Origin: an uncultured archaeon
GTDB lineage: Archaea; Asgardarchaeota; Lokiarchaeia; Sigyniarchaeales; SOKP01
Reading direction: 5' to 3'
Length of the DNA: 25,225 nucleotides
Assembly (NCBI GenBank): GCA_964486045.1
Contig: CAZALK010000029.1
Location: 741-25,965, forward strand
Position numbers and translations under genes: made by a program
The notes under the pieces: model-generated
The model's database searches: none
Told to the model about the DNA's origin: nothing
What the model saw: only the letters and a program-made list of their open reading frames with translations
Shown: positions 9,180-16,417 of the stretch, in pieces
Layout of the letters: the number at the start of each line of letters is the position of its first letter
Position numbering within the stretch: position 1 is the stretch's first letter

Positions 9180-9368
9180 ATGGCGAGTAAAAGTTTAGAT
9201 CAATTAAGAAAAGAAGCTAAGGATTTAGCAGAAAGGAGAAAATTGATGGATGAAATAGGGCGTTTAAAAGCTAAGCCTGTTAAGCCTAAACCACCAACAA
9301 AGGGCCAGAAAGCCTTTAGAACATTCTCCAGGGGAATGGATAATTTTGCGAGATCTATGTTTCAATAG
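9180..9368 (+). CDS. Small basic protein (62 aa, MASKSLDQLRK...)
   Basis: ATG 9180 just after the upstream stop; the track's 9096 start overlaps the capsid gene and is unlikely. Confidence 0.7.
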   Translation: MASKSLDQLRKEAKDLAERRKLMDEIGRLKAKPVKPKPPTKGQKAFRTFSRGMDNFARSMFQ

Positions 9369-9408
9369 GTTTAGTTAACTTTAAAAATCTTATTTGTTAT
9401 ATTTTCTA

Positions 9409-10101
9409 ATGGCCACAGACTTATTAGGTACATTAGGACTAGGCGGGGCGTTTAATGTTTCAGGGGTTTTTTCTATAATCTTAAATATCATTCTTATTGT
9501 TGGAGTTGTTGCTATTTTTGGAGGGATTTTTTATGCAATGTATAAGTTTAAAGGATCTGGAAAATCAGATCTCAAACAAATATGTTGGTATGAGGAAGTT
9601 GCAGATAATCTTTTAGAGTTAGACATAGATAAAGCTAAAGAAATTACAGTTCCAGGAACAAATTTAAAAGTATTTTATGTTAAGGCTAAGGATCTTTGGT
9701 TGCCTCGTTTCTCGAGGGGAATGTCAAAGAGTAGATATTATGTTGCAATAACTCCAGATAGAGAAATAGTTAATTTTACATTAGGAAGTCTTTCAAAAGA
9801 TAGAAAAAACTCTGGCTTACATTACGATCATACGGATATGAGATGGGCCGCAGAAAATACCAGGGAGTTTATTAAAAGAAATTATAGAGATAAGGCTACG
9901 CCCTGGTGGAAGGAGTATAAAGAAATTATCAGCGTCGCTATTTTATTATTATTAATGACGTTCTGTTTTGTGATTATAATATTCTTCTTTAGAGATCTTG
10001 CAGCCGATTTAGGCCAGATAACGGGAACTGTTGGAGGTTATATTGATAAATTAAACGCCTGTAATCCTCTGCAAAGTGGAATAACATCTGCACCAAGTTA
10101 A
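9409..10101 (+). CDS. Membrane protein (N- and C-terminal TM helices flanking a soluble domain)
   Basis: ATG 9409 lies 22-29 nt after TTTAAAAA (9380-9387); two hydrophobic segments. Confidence 0.8.
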   Translation: MATDLLGTLGLGGAFNVSGVFSIILNIILIVGVVAIFGGIFYAMYKFKGSGKSDLKQICWYEEVADNLLELDIDKAKEITVPGTNLKVFYVKAKDLWLPRFSRGMSKSRYYVAITPDREIVNFTLGSLSKDRKNSGLHYDHTDMRWAAENTREFIKRNYRDKATPWWKEYKEIISVAILLLLMTFCFVIIIFFFRDLAADLGQITGTVGGYIDKLNACNPLQSGITSAPS

Positions 10102-10102
10102 A

Positions 10103-10582
10103 ATGATTAAAGAAATAATATATCTTGCGATAATTTTTTCAGCAATCGCAATAGTTTATAAAATAGTTACAAAAGAACTTCAAGATAGAAGAGAGAATAG
10201 ACAAATTGATAAAGTTCTAAAAGATCCTAAACTACTATTATCAAAATTGAAGAATCCAGAAATAAGGATAGGGGGAGAGATGGTTCAGATTAATAAGATT
10301 GTCGACGATGGAGAGGTTATTAAAATTGAAGGTAATGAGGCCAATCCAGAGCCGCAAGAACCAGAAGAGATCCGAGACATGGGCTTTAGGGCTAGAATGA
10401 AAAGGGGATTTAGGAAAACATTTTATAAAACTCAGAAGATAAAACCTATTGTTTTAGAGGGGCCTATTAAAATTACTAGAACAAAAATAGAGGTTCCCAA
10501 AGAACCTAAGCAAAATAAGAAAGATGAAAAGCCAATGAAGGGGAAGGTTAAAGGAAAATCAGAGAAGAAAAAAAAGACGTAA
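10103..10582 (+). CDS. N-terminally anchored protein with basic low-complexity tail
   Basis: N-terminal TM, K-rich C-terminus, tight gene packing. Confidence 0.75.
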   Translation: MIKEIIYLAIIFSAIAIVYKIVTKELQDRRENRQIDKVLKDPKLLLSKLKNPEIRIGGEMVQINKIVDDGEVIKIEGNEANPEPQEPEEIRDMGFRARMKRGFRKTFYKTQKIKPIVLEGPIKITRTKIEVPKEPKQNKKDEKPMKGKVKGKSEKKKKT

Positions 10583-10963
10583 ATGAAAAATATATTTAAA
10601 ATTATTAGTGAAGAAATGTTAAATTTTTTTAACAGGGATTTTAAAGAAGAGAATAAAAGATTTTGGAAGTTAACGCAGTTAGACAGAATTGAATATAATC
10701 TTTGGTACAGAACTATTGAAGAAAGATTTACTTTTCATACTATCTCTTTAATATATACTTTTATTTATTTACTTTTTTACTTTTTTACTATTTTGCTTTT
10801 AATTTATGTTGCTTTTGAGAATGTGGACTTGTTTGAAAAGATCCCTCTTTTAGTAACTGTAATTAAATATGTTATTTTCTTCTCGATAATTTATGATATT
10901 TTTACATTCTATAGGAGATATAGGGCCTTTGAGAAATTGAGAAAACATTATAAATTATCATAG
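10583..10963 (+). CDS. Membrane protein (2 TM)
   Basis: 126 aa, abuts the upstream stop, two aromatic-rich hydrophobic segments. Confidence 0.7.
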   Translation: MKNIFKIISEEMLNFFNRDFKEENKRFWKLTQLDRIEYNLWYRTIEERFTFHTISLIYTFIYLLFYFFTILLLIYVAFENVDLFEKIPLLVTVIKYVIFFSIIYDIFTFYRRYRAFEKLRKHYKLS

Positions 10964-10972
10964 GAGTAAGAA

Positions 10973-11194
10973 ATGAAAACAAAAATAGAAAGAGAAGTTA
11001 GATCCGCAGCTATAACCAGGGCATTAAGGGAAGATCCAACAATGCCCGAGGACGCTTTAGATGTTAGTGATAATGATTCCTGGATTCCCTGTTTAAAATG
11101 CGGATCTGAATTAACCCAGGAGAGAAAAGCTTTTTTTGTTTGTGTAAATTGTGGCCAAGAATTTATTGGAGATGAAGAGGACATGAGGAAATGA
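10973..11194 (+). CDS. Zn-ribbon protein
   Basis: CLKC...CVNC; GGAG upstream. Confidence 0.75.
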   Translation: MKTKIEREVRSAAITRALREDPTMPEDALDVSDNDSWIPCLKCGSELTQERKAFFVCVNCGQEFIGDEEDMRK

Positions 11195-11358
11195 TAAAAA
11201 TAGAAATCTCAACAGACGGAAAAAGGGTTTATGATGGTTATGATGAGGATAACCCCACAATGAAAGAATGTTCTTTGATATTATATCGTCTTGAACAAAT
11301 TAAACTTAATTTATTGGCCAAGGAATTTAAAAGTGAATTTGAAGTTAGTGAGGATTAA
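11191..11358 (+). CDS. Hypothetical 55-aa protein (MIKIEISTDGKRVY...), not in track
   Basis: ATGA overlap with the upstream gene; open to TAA 11358. Confidence 0.65.
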   Translation: MIKIEISTDGKRVYDGYDEDNPTMKECSLILYRLEQIKLNLLAKEFKSEFEVSED

Positions 11359-11360
11359 TA

Positions 11361-11531
11361 ATGGTAACAAGTTCTACAAGGCAAGGTTTTTATTTCTTAT
11401 TTATAATTTTAATAATGTTTGTAAGCCAGCTTTTAGATTGGTTTGGGTTCTATGAAGCATTTGTTATTATTGCTCTGTGTGGGATGGTGCTTAAGTTAAC
11501 GGATATTGAGGAAGCTATACGAGAAAAGTAG
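11361..11531 (+). CDS. 56-aa two-TM membrane protein (MVTSSTRQGFYFLFII...), not in track
   Basis: Starts 2 nt after the upstream stop; its TAG directly abuts the left inverted repeat. Confidence 0.65.
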   Translation: MVTSSTRQGFYFLFIILIMFVSQLLDWFGFYEAFVIIALCGMVLKLTDIEEAIREK

Positions 11532-11771
11532 GCCATAGGAAGTCCGTGAGTGCATGTTCTTCTATCGAGTTGATATATTACTAAGGGGGATTTATCCCTA
11601 AAAACCCTAACCTCACTTTCCTATGGAACTTATGAAAAATTAAAATAACTTTTATTGAAAATATTTTTTATCGTCGATAAGAAAAAGTGGCCAGAGATCT
11701 CCTGGAGATCTTGCAGCTGCAATCGAAGGACCATAATCCTTAACCATGATTTCGTGTGGAAAGCAGGAGAT
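11532..11771 (+). repeat. 240-bp inverted repeat, left copy (IR-L)
   Basis: Reverse complement of 16173-16412, with one mismatch (11756/16188). Confidence 0.95.
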
Positions 11772-11778
11772 TATTATA

Positions 11779-11799
11779 GGGCCTGATAATCACAGGCCC
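11779..11799. other. GC-rich hairpin next to IR-L, possibly the 3' end of the leftward transcript
   Basis: gggcctg-N7-caggccc. Confidence 0.4.
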
Positions 11800-11840
11800 C
11801 AGTGGTTTGGATTCGCAATACATTTGGGGAATATTATTTT

Positions 11841-12044
11841 TTATTTATCTTTTTTTACAAATTGTTTAAACAATTTAGATACTATAATAATTGCTCCAGA
11901 AACATTCAGAAAAACTAATACAATCTTAATTAAATATAATTTATCTCCTGTAAGTCCAACAATAAATCCAACAATAAAATTTAAGATTAATAATACTGAT
12001 GCTACAAAAAATATCTTATTTATTTCTAATATTACTTTAAACAT
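11841..12044 (-). CDS. Small two-TM membrane protein
   Basis: 67 aa, two hydrophobic segments, basic tail; last gene of the leftward operon. Confidence 0.6.
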   Translation of the reverse strand: MFKVILEINKIFFVASVLLILNFIVGFIVGLTGDKLYLIKIVLVFLNVSGAIIIVSKLFKQFVKKDK

Positions 12045-12059
12045 TTTATTCTCACTTTT

Positions 12060-12202
12060 CTAAGAACTCCAATTCTTACCTATCCTTTTTAATTCAACTA
12101 ATCTTAACTTTTTCCATTCATCAGCTTCCATCACATTAGGATTTTTATTTTTTTAAGATTTTGATATTGCTCTTCATCAGTTAAATCTTTATGTATTGAC
12201 AT
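12060..12202 (-). pseudogene. Possible small gene interrupted in an A7 run, or two tiny coupled ORFs
   Basis: One extra A at 12148-12154 gives a single 47-aa ORF filling the gap. Confidence 0.3.
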
Positions 12203-12458
12203 CTTCTTTTGGTTCAAAAGTAACTCCCTCTTCTGGAACGTATTCTTCTGAATATTTATTCTTTTTATGTAAAACATCTCTTCTCTCTTTAAGTATTGAT
12301 TCTGGCGAAGGCATCTTTCCATTAAAGTCTATGAAAATACTAAATCCTAATTTCCTTAAGACTGTTATCATGTAGAGCCACAAATATTTATTATCTCTGG
12401 TCCTCTTATCCTCTTGCAGTGTTGCCTCAACAGCCTCGATTAATTTCATTTTCCACAC
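12189..12458 (-). CDS. Hypothetical protein (start may be 12449)
   Basis: 89-aa ORF in a tightly packed leftward operon. Confidence 0.7.
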   Translation of the reverse strand: MWKMKLIEAVEATLQEDKRTRDNKYLWLYMITVLRKLGFSIFIDFNGKMPSPESILKERRDVLHKKNKYSEEYVPEEGVTFEPKEDVNT

Positions 12459-12640
12459 TCCTTAATCATATTTTCTTTTTCTATTATAGCATCCTTTAAA
12501 ATCTTATCAAGTTCTTCATTAGTAACATCATGTTTTTCAATCAAACCAGATAGTAAAGTTCCATATTGGGTCACTTTATCTTGTAGAAATTTAATTACTC
12601 TTATTGTTCTTTTTGCTTCCTGAATAATTAAATCACTCAT
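12446..12640 (-). CDS. Hypothetical helical protein
   Basis: 64 aa, overlapping both neighbours. Confidence 0.7.
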   Translation of the reverse strand: MSDLIIQEAKRTIRVIKFLQDKVTQYGTLLSGLIEKHDVTNEELDKILKDAIIEKENMIKECGK

Positions 12641-12780
12641 TGATATTTCCCCTCTAAATATTTCATTGCTTGATAATCTGTTAGATAATTTTGTAATGTA
12701 AAATATTCTAAGATCAGGGGTGTTACTAAGTTATCGTCCCTGTTGTGGCTTAGATCCAATAATTTATTTAAAGTTTTCAT
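12637..12780 (-). CDS. Hypothetical 47-aa protein (MKTLNKLLDLSH...), not in track
   Basis: ATGA overlaps at both ends. Confidence 0.6.
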   Translation of the reverse strand: MKTLNKLLDLSHNRDDNLVTPLILEYFTLQNYLTDYQAMKYLEGKYQ

Positions 12781-12932
12781 TCAACATAATCCTCCAATAC
12801 ACAACATAAATTATAAACAAAGCTTCCATCTTTTTGGGAATCTTCATTCTCAAATAAAACCTGGCCTAACTTTTTGAATTGTTCTTTAGTAAGTTGCAAA
12901 TATTTTTTTCCTTCAATTTCTATAATTTTCAT
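12777..12932 (-). CDS. Hypothetical 51-aa protein (MKIIEIEGKKYLQLTK...), not in track
   Basis: ATGA overlaps at both ends. Confidence 0.65.
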   Translation of the reverse strand: MKIIEIEGKKYLQLTKEQFKKLGQVLFENEDSQKDGSFVYNLCCVLEDYVE

Positions 12933-13171
12933 TTGATTAATTTCTTTTTTAATTCCAAAAAATCTTTAATCTTACATTCAATATCCTGGTCTTTATTCTT
13001 TTCTAAGATCCCCATAGCAAAATGTTTAGAAAACCAATCATCAAGAATTTTTTCTTTATTTTTTAATTCTGGAAGTTGTAATAAAAAAGTTCTTGCGCCG
13101 ATGGTAGATCTCTTCGCGATCAGACTAATAACTTCATCCCTATCTTCTTTTGTTAAAATATATTTTTTCAT
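12929..13171 (-). CDS. Hypothetical protein
   Basis: 80 aa, ATGA overlaps at both ends. Confidence 0.7.
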   Translation of the reverse strand: MKKYILTKEDRDEVISLIAKRSTIGARTFLLQLPELKNKEKILDDWFSKHFAMGILEKNKDQDIECKIKDFLELKKKLIK

Positions 13172-13344
13172 TTTCCTAACAGTATTGTTATTCTATTTCC
13201 AGATCCTCTCCTTCTACCCTTTGGTTTCAAACGCCTAAAGCAAGGATCACAGTGAGGCACTCCATTCAATACGGCCTCGGCAATCTCACCGCATTGACAT
13301 ATCTTTTTTAACTTAACTATCTGTAGGTATTCTTGTCTATGCAT
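13168..13344 (-). CDS. Small Zn-finger protein with basic tail (track start 13368; 13344 more likely)
   Basis: CQC...CDPC; GGAG upstream of ATG 13344. Confidence 0.65.
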   Translation of the reverse strand: MHRQEYLQIVKLKKICQCGEIAEAVLNGVPHCDPCFRRLKPKGRRRGSGNRITILLGK

Positions 13345-13780
13345 TTTTATCTCCTTTAACTTTTTCAAATGCTTCCAATATCAGAGTCATAGCAGGGATC
13401 CCTAAAACTATTGATTGATTCTTAGCAACAACTTCCGCATCGACGTTTCGCCCCTCTTTTATCATTCTTGAAAGATTGTCTATAATTATTGGCCTTCTTT
13501 CTTGCTTCTGTTTTCTCCACTCTTCTAACTTCTGCAAGTTATCTACTATTTCATTTTCCTTAACTTCTAGTTCTGAAATTTCATTTATCATATGTTTTTT
13601 ATTTCTTCTTAAAGTTTTTAGCCTCTTAATTGGATTAATATTTTCATCCCAAGAATTAACTAGGAATTCAATAAACTCCCCTTGCTTCATACCATTTATA
13701 TTTGATGCTTGTTCTACTAACCTAATAACATCATTATTCAAATTAAACGTTTTGTGTGATGAATCAGGTTTTTTTCTCAT
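13337..13780 (-). CDS. RHH-like DNA-binding protein with coiled coil
   Basis: KTFNLNNDVIRLVEQAS..GMKQGEFIEFLV (strand-helix-G-helix), then a heptad-like stretch. Confidence 0.65.
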   Translation of the reverse strand: MRKKPDSSHKTFNLNNDVIRLVEQASNINGMKQGEFIEFLVNSWDENINPIKRLKTLRRNKKHMINEISELEVKENEIVDNLQKLEEWRKQKQERRPIIIDNLSRMIKEGRNVDAEVVAKNQSIVLGIPAMTLILEAFEKVKGDKNA

Positions 13781-14055
13781 TGTTTCTTGATCCTTCTTTT
13801 AATATCTCTATCCAATATCAGAAATGCAATAAGAACAACCAACAAAGCTCCAGGAATAGCTAAGAAAAAAAGTTCAGTCATTTTTCTTGAACCCCTTTGT
13901 TTTTCTTTCGCAAAATATAATTTACACTCTTCACAGAAATAACATTCTTCCTTGGAATTAGGTATTTTTATTGTCTTAAATTTTCCAATACATCTTGGAC
14001 AGTGTATCTTTCCAGTTTTCTTATTCTTTAATAACTTATACCTTTTAATTATCAT
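13777..14055 (-). CDS. Zn-ribbon protein with C-terminal TM helix
   Basis: CPRC...CEEC, then MTELFFLAIPGALLVVLIAFLIL; start chosen after the upstream stop. Confidence 0.6.
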   Translation of the reverse strand: MIIKRYKLLKNKKTGKIHCPRCIGKFKTIKIPNSKEECYFCEECKLYFAKEKQRGSRKMTELFFLAIPGALLVVLIAFLILDRDIKRRIKKQ

Positions 14056-14056
14056 T

Positions 14057-14314
14057 TTATTCATCCTTCTCCTCACTCTCTTCTAGATCTGTTGTTTTCC
14101 ATCTACACTTAAGGCAGAGATCATTTAAAATCATTCTAGAATAATCATTGCAGACCTTACATCTCCCTGTATTGTAAGAGTCCCCTGGATAAAACCACCG
14201 CATACTTTTTTTAAATGTTCTCCCTCGATAGAGGGCTACCAAAATACCTAAAACCCAGAGACAAAATATAAATAGGGAACCGTTAATTAAAATAAATAGA
14301 TCTGTTTGAATCAT
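14057..14314 (-). CDS. Membrane-anchored Zn-finger protein
   Basis: N-terminal TM; CKVC...CLKC. Confidence 0.7.
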   Translation of the reverse strand: MIQTDLFILINGSLFIFCLWVLGILVALYRGRTFKKSMRWFYPGDSYNTGRCKVCNDYSRMILNDLCLKCRWKTTDLEESEEKDE

Positions 14315-14466
14315 TTGAGTTTCTTCTGCTCCCTTCTACCTTTTATTTCCATAAGTTCTTTATGTTTTTTTGAATTCAAATGGACATACATTAATTTTTC
14401 AGCATGCAGTTTAGATTTTCCCTTGATCCTTGCCCCACATTTACAATCTATAAATTTATCTTCCAT
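14311..14466 (-). CDS. 51-aa C2H2-type (U1/matrin-like) Zn-finger protein, not in track
   Basis: MEDKFIDCKCGARIKGKSKLHAEKLMYVHLNSKKHKELM...; ATGA overlap with the next gene. Confidence 0.7.
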   Translation of the reverse strand: MEDKFIDCKCGARIKGKSKLHAEKLMYVHLNSKKHKELMEIKGRREQKKLK

Positions 14467-14468
14467 TT

Positions 14469-14606
14469 TTATTCTAAAATAATTCTACGAATTCCCCCTT
14501 TATTTCCTATCAAAATAATCTCACTGATTCCTTCAACTCTTTCAAAGCTTTCTATAGAATCCCCTGTTAATTCAATCAAATCTCCCTTACTATTTTTTGC
14601 TTTCAT
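14469..14606 (-). CDS. Hypothetical 45-aa protein (MKAKNSKGDLIELTG...), not in track
   Basis: Fills the operon gap; stop lies 2 nt before the next ATG. Confidence 0.6.
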   Translation of the reverse strand: MKAKNSKGDLIELTGDSIESFERVEGISEIILIGNKGGIRRIILE

Positions 14607-14621
14607 TTTCTTATTTATTTT

Positions 14622-14879
14622 TTATAATTCTTTTAATTCTTCTTTTAATTTTATGAACATTATTTTTAGAAATGGAAAATTATAATCATCAAAACGATCT
14701 CTGTAGTCTTCCCAAACCTTATTTAATTTTTCATCAATATGATCCAAGATTTCTATTTTTGTTTTTTCACGAGAAAATTTAGTCAAACGCAATAATTCTT
14801 GAAATTGTTTTGGTTTCAGTTTAGGGGAAAAATTCTCTTCAAATAAAATTTCTTGTTCAAACTCTTTTATTGTTTTCAT
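14622..14879 (-). CDS. Hypothetical helical protein
   Basis: ATG 14879 (MKTIKEF) lies just after the upstream stop. Confidence 0.7.
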   Translation of the reverse strand: MKTIKEFEQEILFEENFSPKLKPKQFQELLRLTKFSREKTKIEILDHIDEKLNKVWEDYRDRFDDYNFPFLKIMFIKLKEELKEL

Positions 14880-14880
14880 G

Positions 14881-15066
14881 TTATTTTTTCCTTTCCTGAT
14901 ATACAATATTTAAACCAATTACTCCTAGAAGAATTGTAATAGTTCCTAAAAATTTGTATACCGTTTTATAATAATGATTCTCTGGAACCAAAATAAAAAT
15001 AGTTCCTAGGCCCATGCAAATTAATAAAACACTAACTCCTAATTTAAAAGTAACTTGTTGTTTCAT
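14881..15066 (-). CDS. Small two-TM membrane protein
   Basis: 61 aa, two hydrophobic segments. Confidence 0.65.
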   Translation of the reverse strand: MKQQVTFKLGVSVLLICMGLGTIFILVPENHYYKTVYKFLGTITILLGVIGLNIVYQERKK

Positions 15067-15188
15067 CTAGCAAACCCCCCTAACCTTGGACGCAAACCAG
15101 GAAAGAAAGCCTGCCTCCAATCCTCGGCAGTATCTATCCTAGTTGCATCATCACAATCATTTAAGATCTCTTGTGCAGATTCATTCAT
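15063..15188 (-). CDS. Hypothetical 41-aa protein (MNESAQEILNDC...), not in track
   Basis: Overlaps both neighbours (8 nt and ATGA). Confidence 0.55.
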   Translation of the reverse strand: MNESAQEILNDCDDATRIDTAEDWRQAFFPGLRPRLGGFAR

Positions 15189-15387
15189 TGTCTAGCTCCT
15201 GGAAGTTCAAAATAACAACTTGCTTATAGTCAGATGTTTTCTCTATCTCTTCCTTCATTGCTTTTGTAACGTCAGAATAACTCTTTCGGGTTATTCTTTT
15301 ATCTGTGAAAACTGTTGCATTTCCAAAGCGGCTTCCAATCGCAACATAACTCACATGATAGCAGTATGTTTCTTTATTTAATCCCAT
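15181..15387 (-). CDS. Hypothetical protein, first gene of the leftward operon
   Basis: ATG 15387 lies 22-29 nt from TTTATAAA (track start 15393). Confidence 0.7.
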   Translation of the reverse strand: MGLNKETYCYHVSYVAIGSRFGNATVFTDKRITRKSYSDVTKAMKEEIEKTSDYKQVVILNFQELDNE

Positions 15388-15408
15388 AACCATTATAGTA
15401 TTATAGGG

Positions 15409-15428
15409 TTTATAAATCTTCTGTTTCC
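15409..15428 (-). promoter_or_regulatory. BRE/TATA promoter of the leftward small-gene operon
   Basis: - strand reads GGAAACAGAAGATTTATAAA; resembles GAAGATTTTTAAA at 7708-7720. Confidence 0.65.
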
Positions 15429-15494
15429 ATTGGAACTCTCACTTCTTCCAGATCTGATTTTGTATTGTATGTATTATACGTATAGTAATACATA

Positions 15495-15515
15495 TAATAA
15501 TAATAATAATAATAA
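15495..15515. repeat. (TAA)7 microsatellite in AT-rich non-coding region
   Basis: Read directly from the sequence. Confidence 0.85.
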
Positions 15516-15848
15516 GGGGTTCTTCCAATTCGGTAACTCATTGATCTCATAATGCTAACATTGTAAATACAATACTCTTATTATATGATTTCTCTATTTT
15601 CCATAAGAAACAGAGGTTAGACAATACTCACTTTCTCAAGATCGTATGTATAATTATCTCTAATATTTTTCATGTGTTCAAGTGTTAATGGCTTTAGTAA
15701 AACTGATCGGTATACCAGTAATAAAACCTTCTTGTAACAATATCTTTTAACAATTCCTTCTTAAAGCTTGTATTAAATACAAATGATTATCATTAATGCT
15801 TATCTTCCCTTATTTTTTTGAAGATATAAGCCTCAATATGAAGGTCTT

Positions 15849-15987
15849 CGGATTTGTGGCCCTGGATCAATTAAGAAGAATTTGGCTCACTACGTTCGCG
15901 GATTTGGAGATAGGGGGGGTTCCTCGCGCATGCGCGAGGTTTGGAAACGGCGAAGCCGTTTCTTATATGACTCCGCCACAAAATCCG
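15849..15987. other. GC-rich multi-hairpin element; candidate replication origin or packaging signal
   Basis: 18-bp palindrome 15922-15939; 8-bp stem with GAA loop 15944-15962; enclosing stem 15849-15860 / 15975-15987. Confidence 0.55.
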
Positions 15988-16030
15988 TATTAATAAAAAA
16001 GAATAAAAAGGCCTGGTAGTTCTAAAATCT

Positions 16031-16168
16031 ATGAGTGAAACAATCCATTTTGACCATAAAGGGAAATATCTCTGCAACTGGGCCACGCTTGCAAACAAGG
16101 ATAAGCTTTCAAAGAACTGGCGAAAAGTTACTTGTAAGAATTGCCTAAAGACTAATCTCTATCGTTAA
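16031..16168 (+). CDS. 45-aa Zn-finger protein (H...C...VTCKNC), not in track
   Basis: MSETIHFDHKGKYLCNWATLANKDKLSKNWRKVTCKNCLKTNLYR; ends 4 nt before IR-R. Confidence 0.65.
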   Translation: MSETIHFDHKGKYLCNWATLANKDKLSKNWRKVTCKNCLKTNLYR

Positions 16169-16172
16169 GTAG

Positions 16173-16412
16173 ATCTCCTGCTTTCCATACGAAATCATGG
16201 TTAAGGATTATGGTCCTTCGATTGCAGCTGCAAGATCTCCAGGAGATCTCTGGCCACTTTTTCTTATCGACGATAAAAAATATTTTCAATAAAAGTTATT
16301 TTAATTTTTCATAAGTTCCATAGGAAAGTGAGGTTAGGGTTTTTAGGGATAAATCCCCCTTAGTAATATATCAACTCGATAGAAGAACATGCACTCACGG
16401 ACTTCCTATGGC
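16173..16412 (-). repeat. 240-bp inverted repeat, right copy (IR-R)
   Basis: Reverse complement of 11532-11771; begins 5 bp downstream of the recombinase stop. Confidence 0.95.
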
Positions 16413-16417
16413 TTATT

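Noticed and set aside
11532-11771. tRNA-derived attP, tRNA gene or hammerhead ribozyme in the IR
   Set aside because: No T-loop or cloverleaf and no CUGAUGA core on either strand; the copies are inverted, unlike attL/attR.
11746-14685. + strand ORFs 11746-12063, 12879-13238, 13476-13790 and 14404-14685
   Set aside because: F/I/S-rich shadows of the tightly coupled - strand operon.
15796-16098. ORFs 15796-15993 (+) and 15871-16098 (-)
   Set aside because: They run through the palindrome cluster with atypical composition; better explained as a structural element plus the 16031-16168 gene, though not fully excluded.
11532-16412. IS/transposon with terminal inverted repeats
   Set aside because: No transposase inside, no target-site duplication evident, and the recombinase lies outside the segment.
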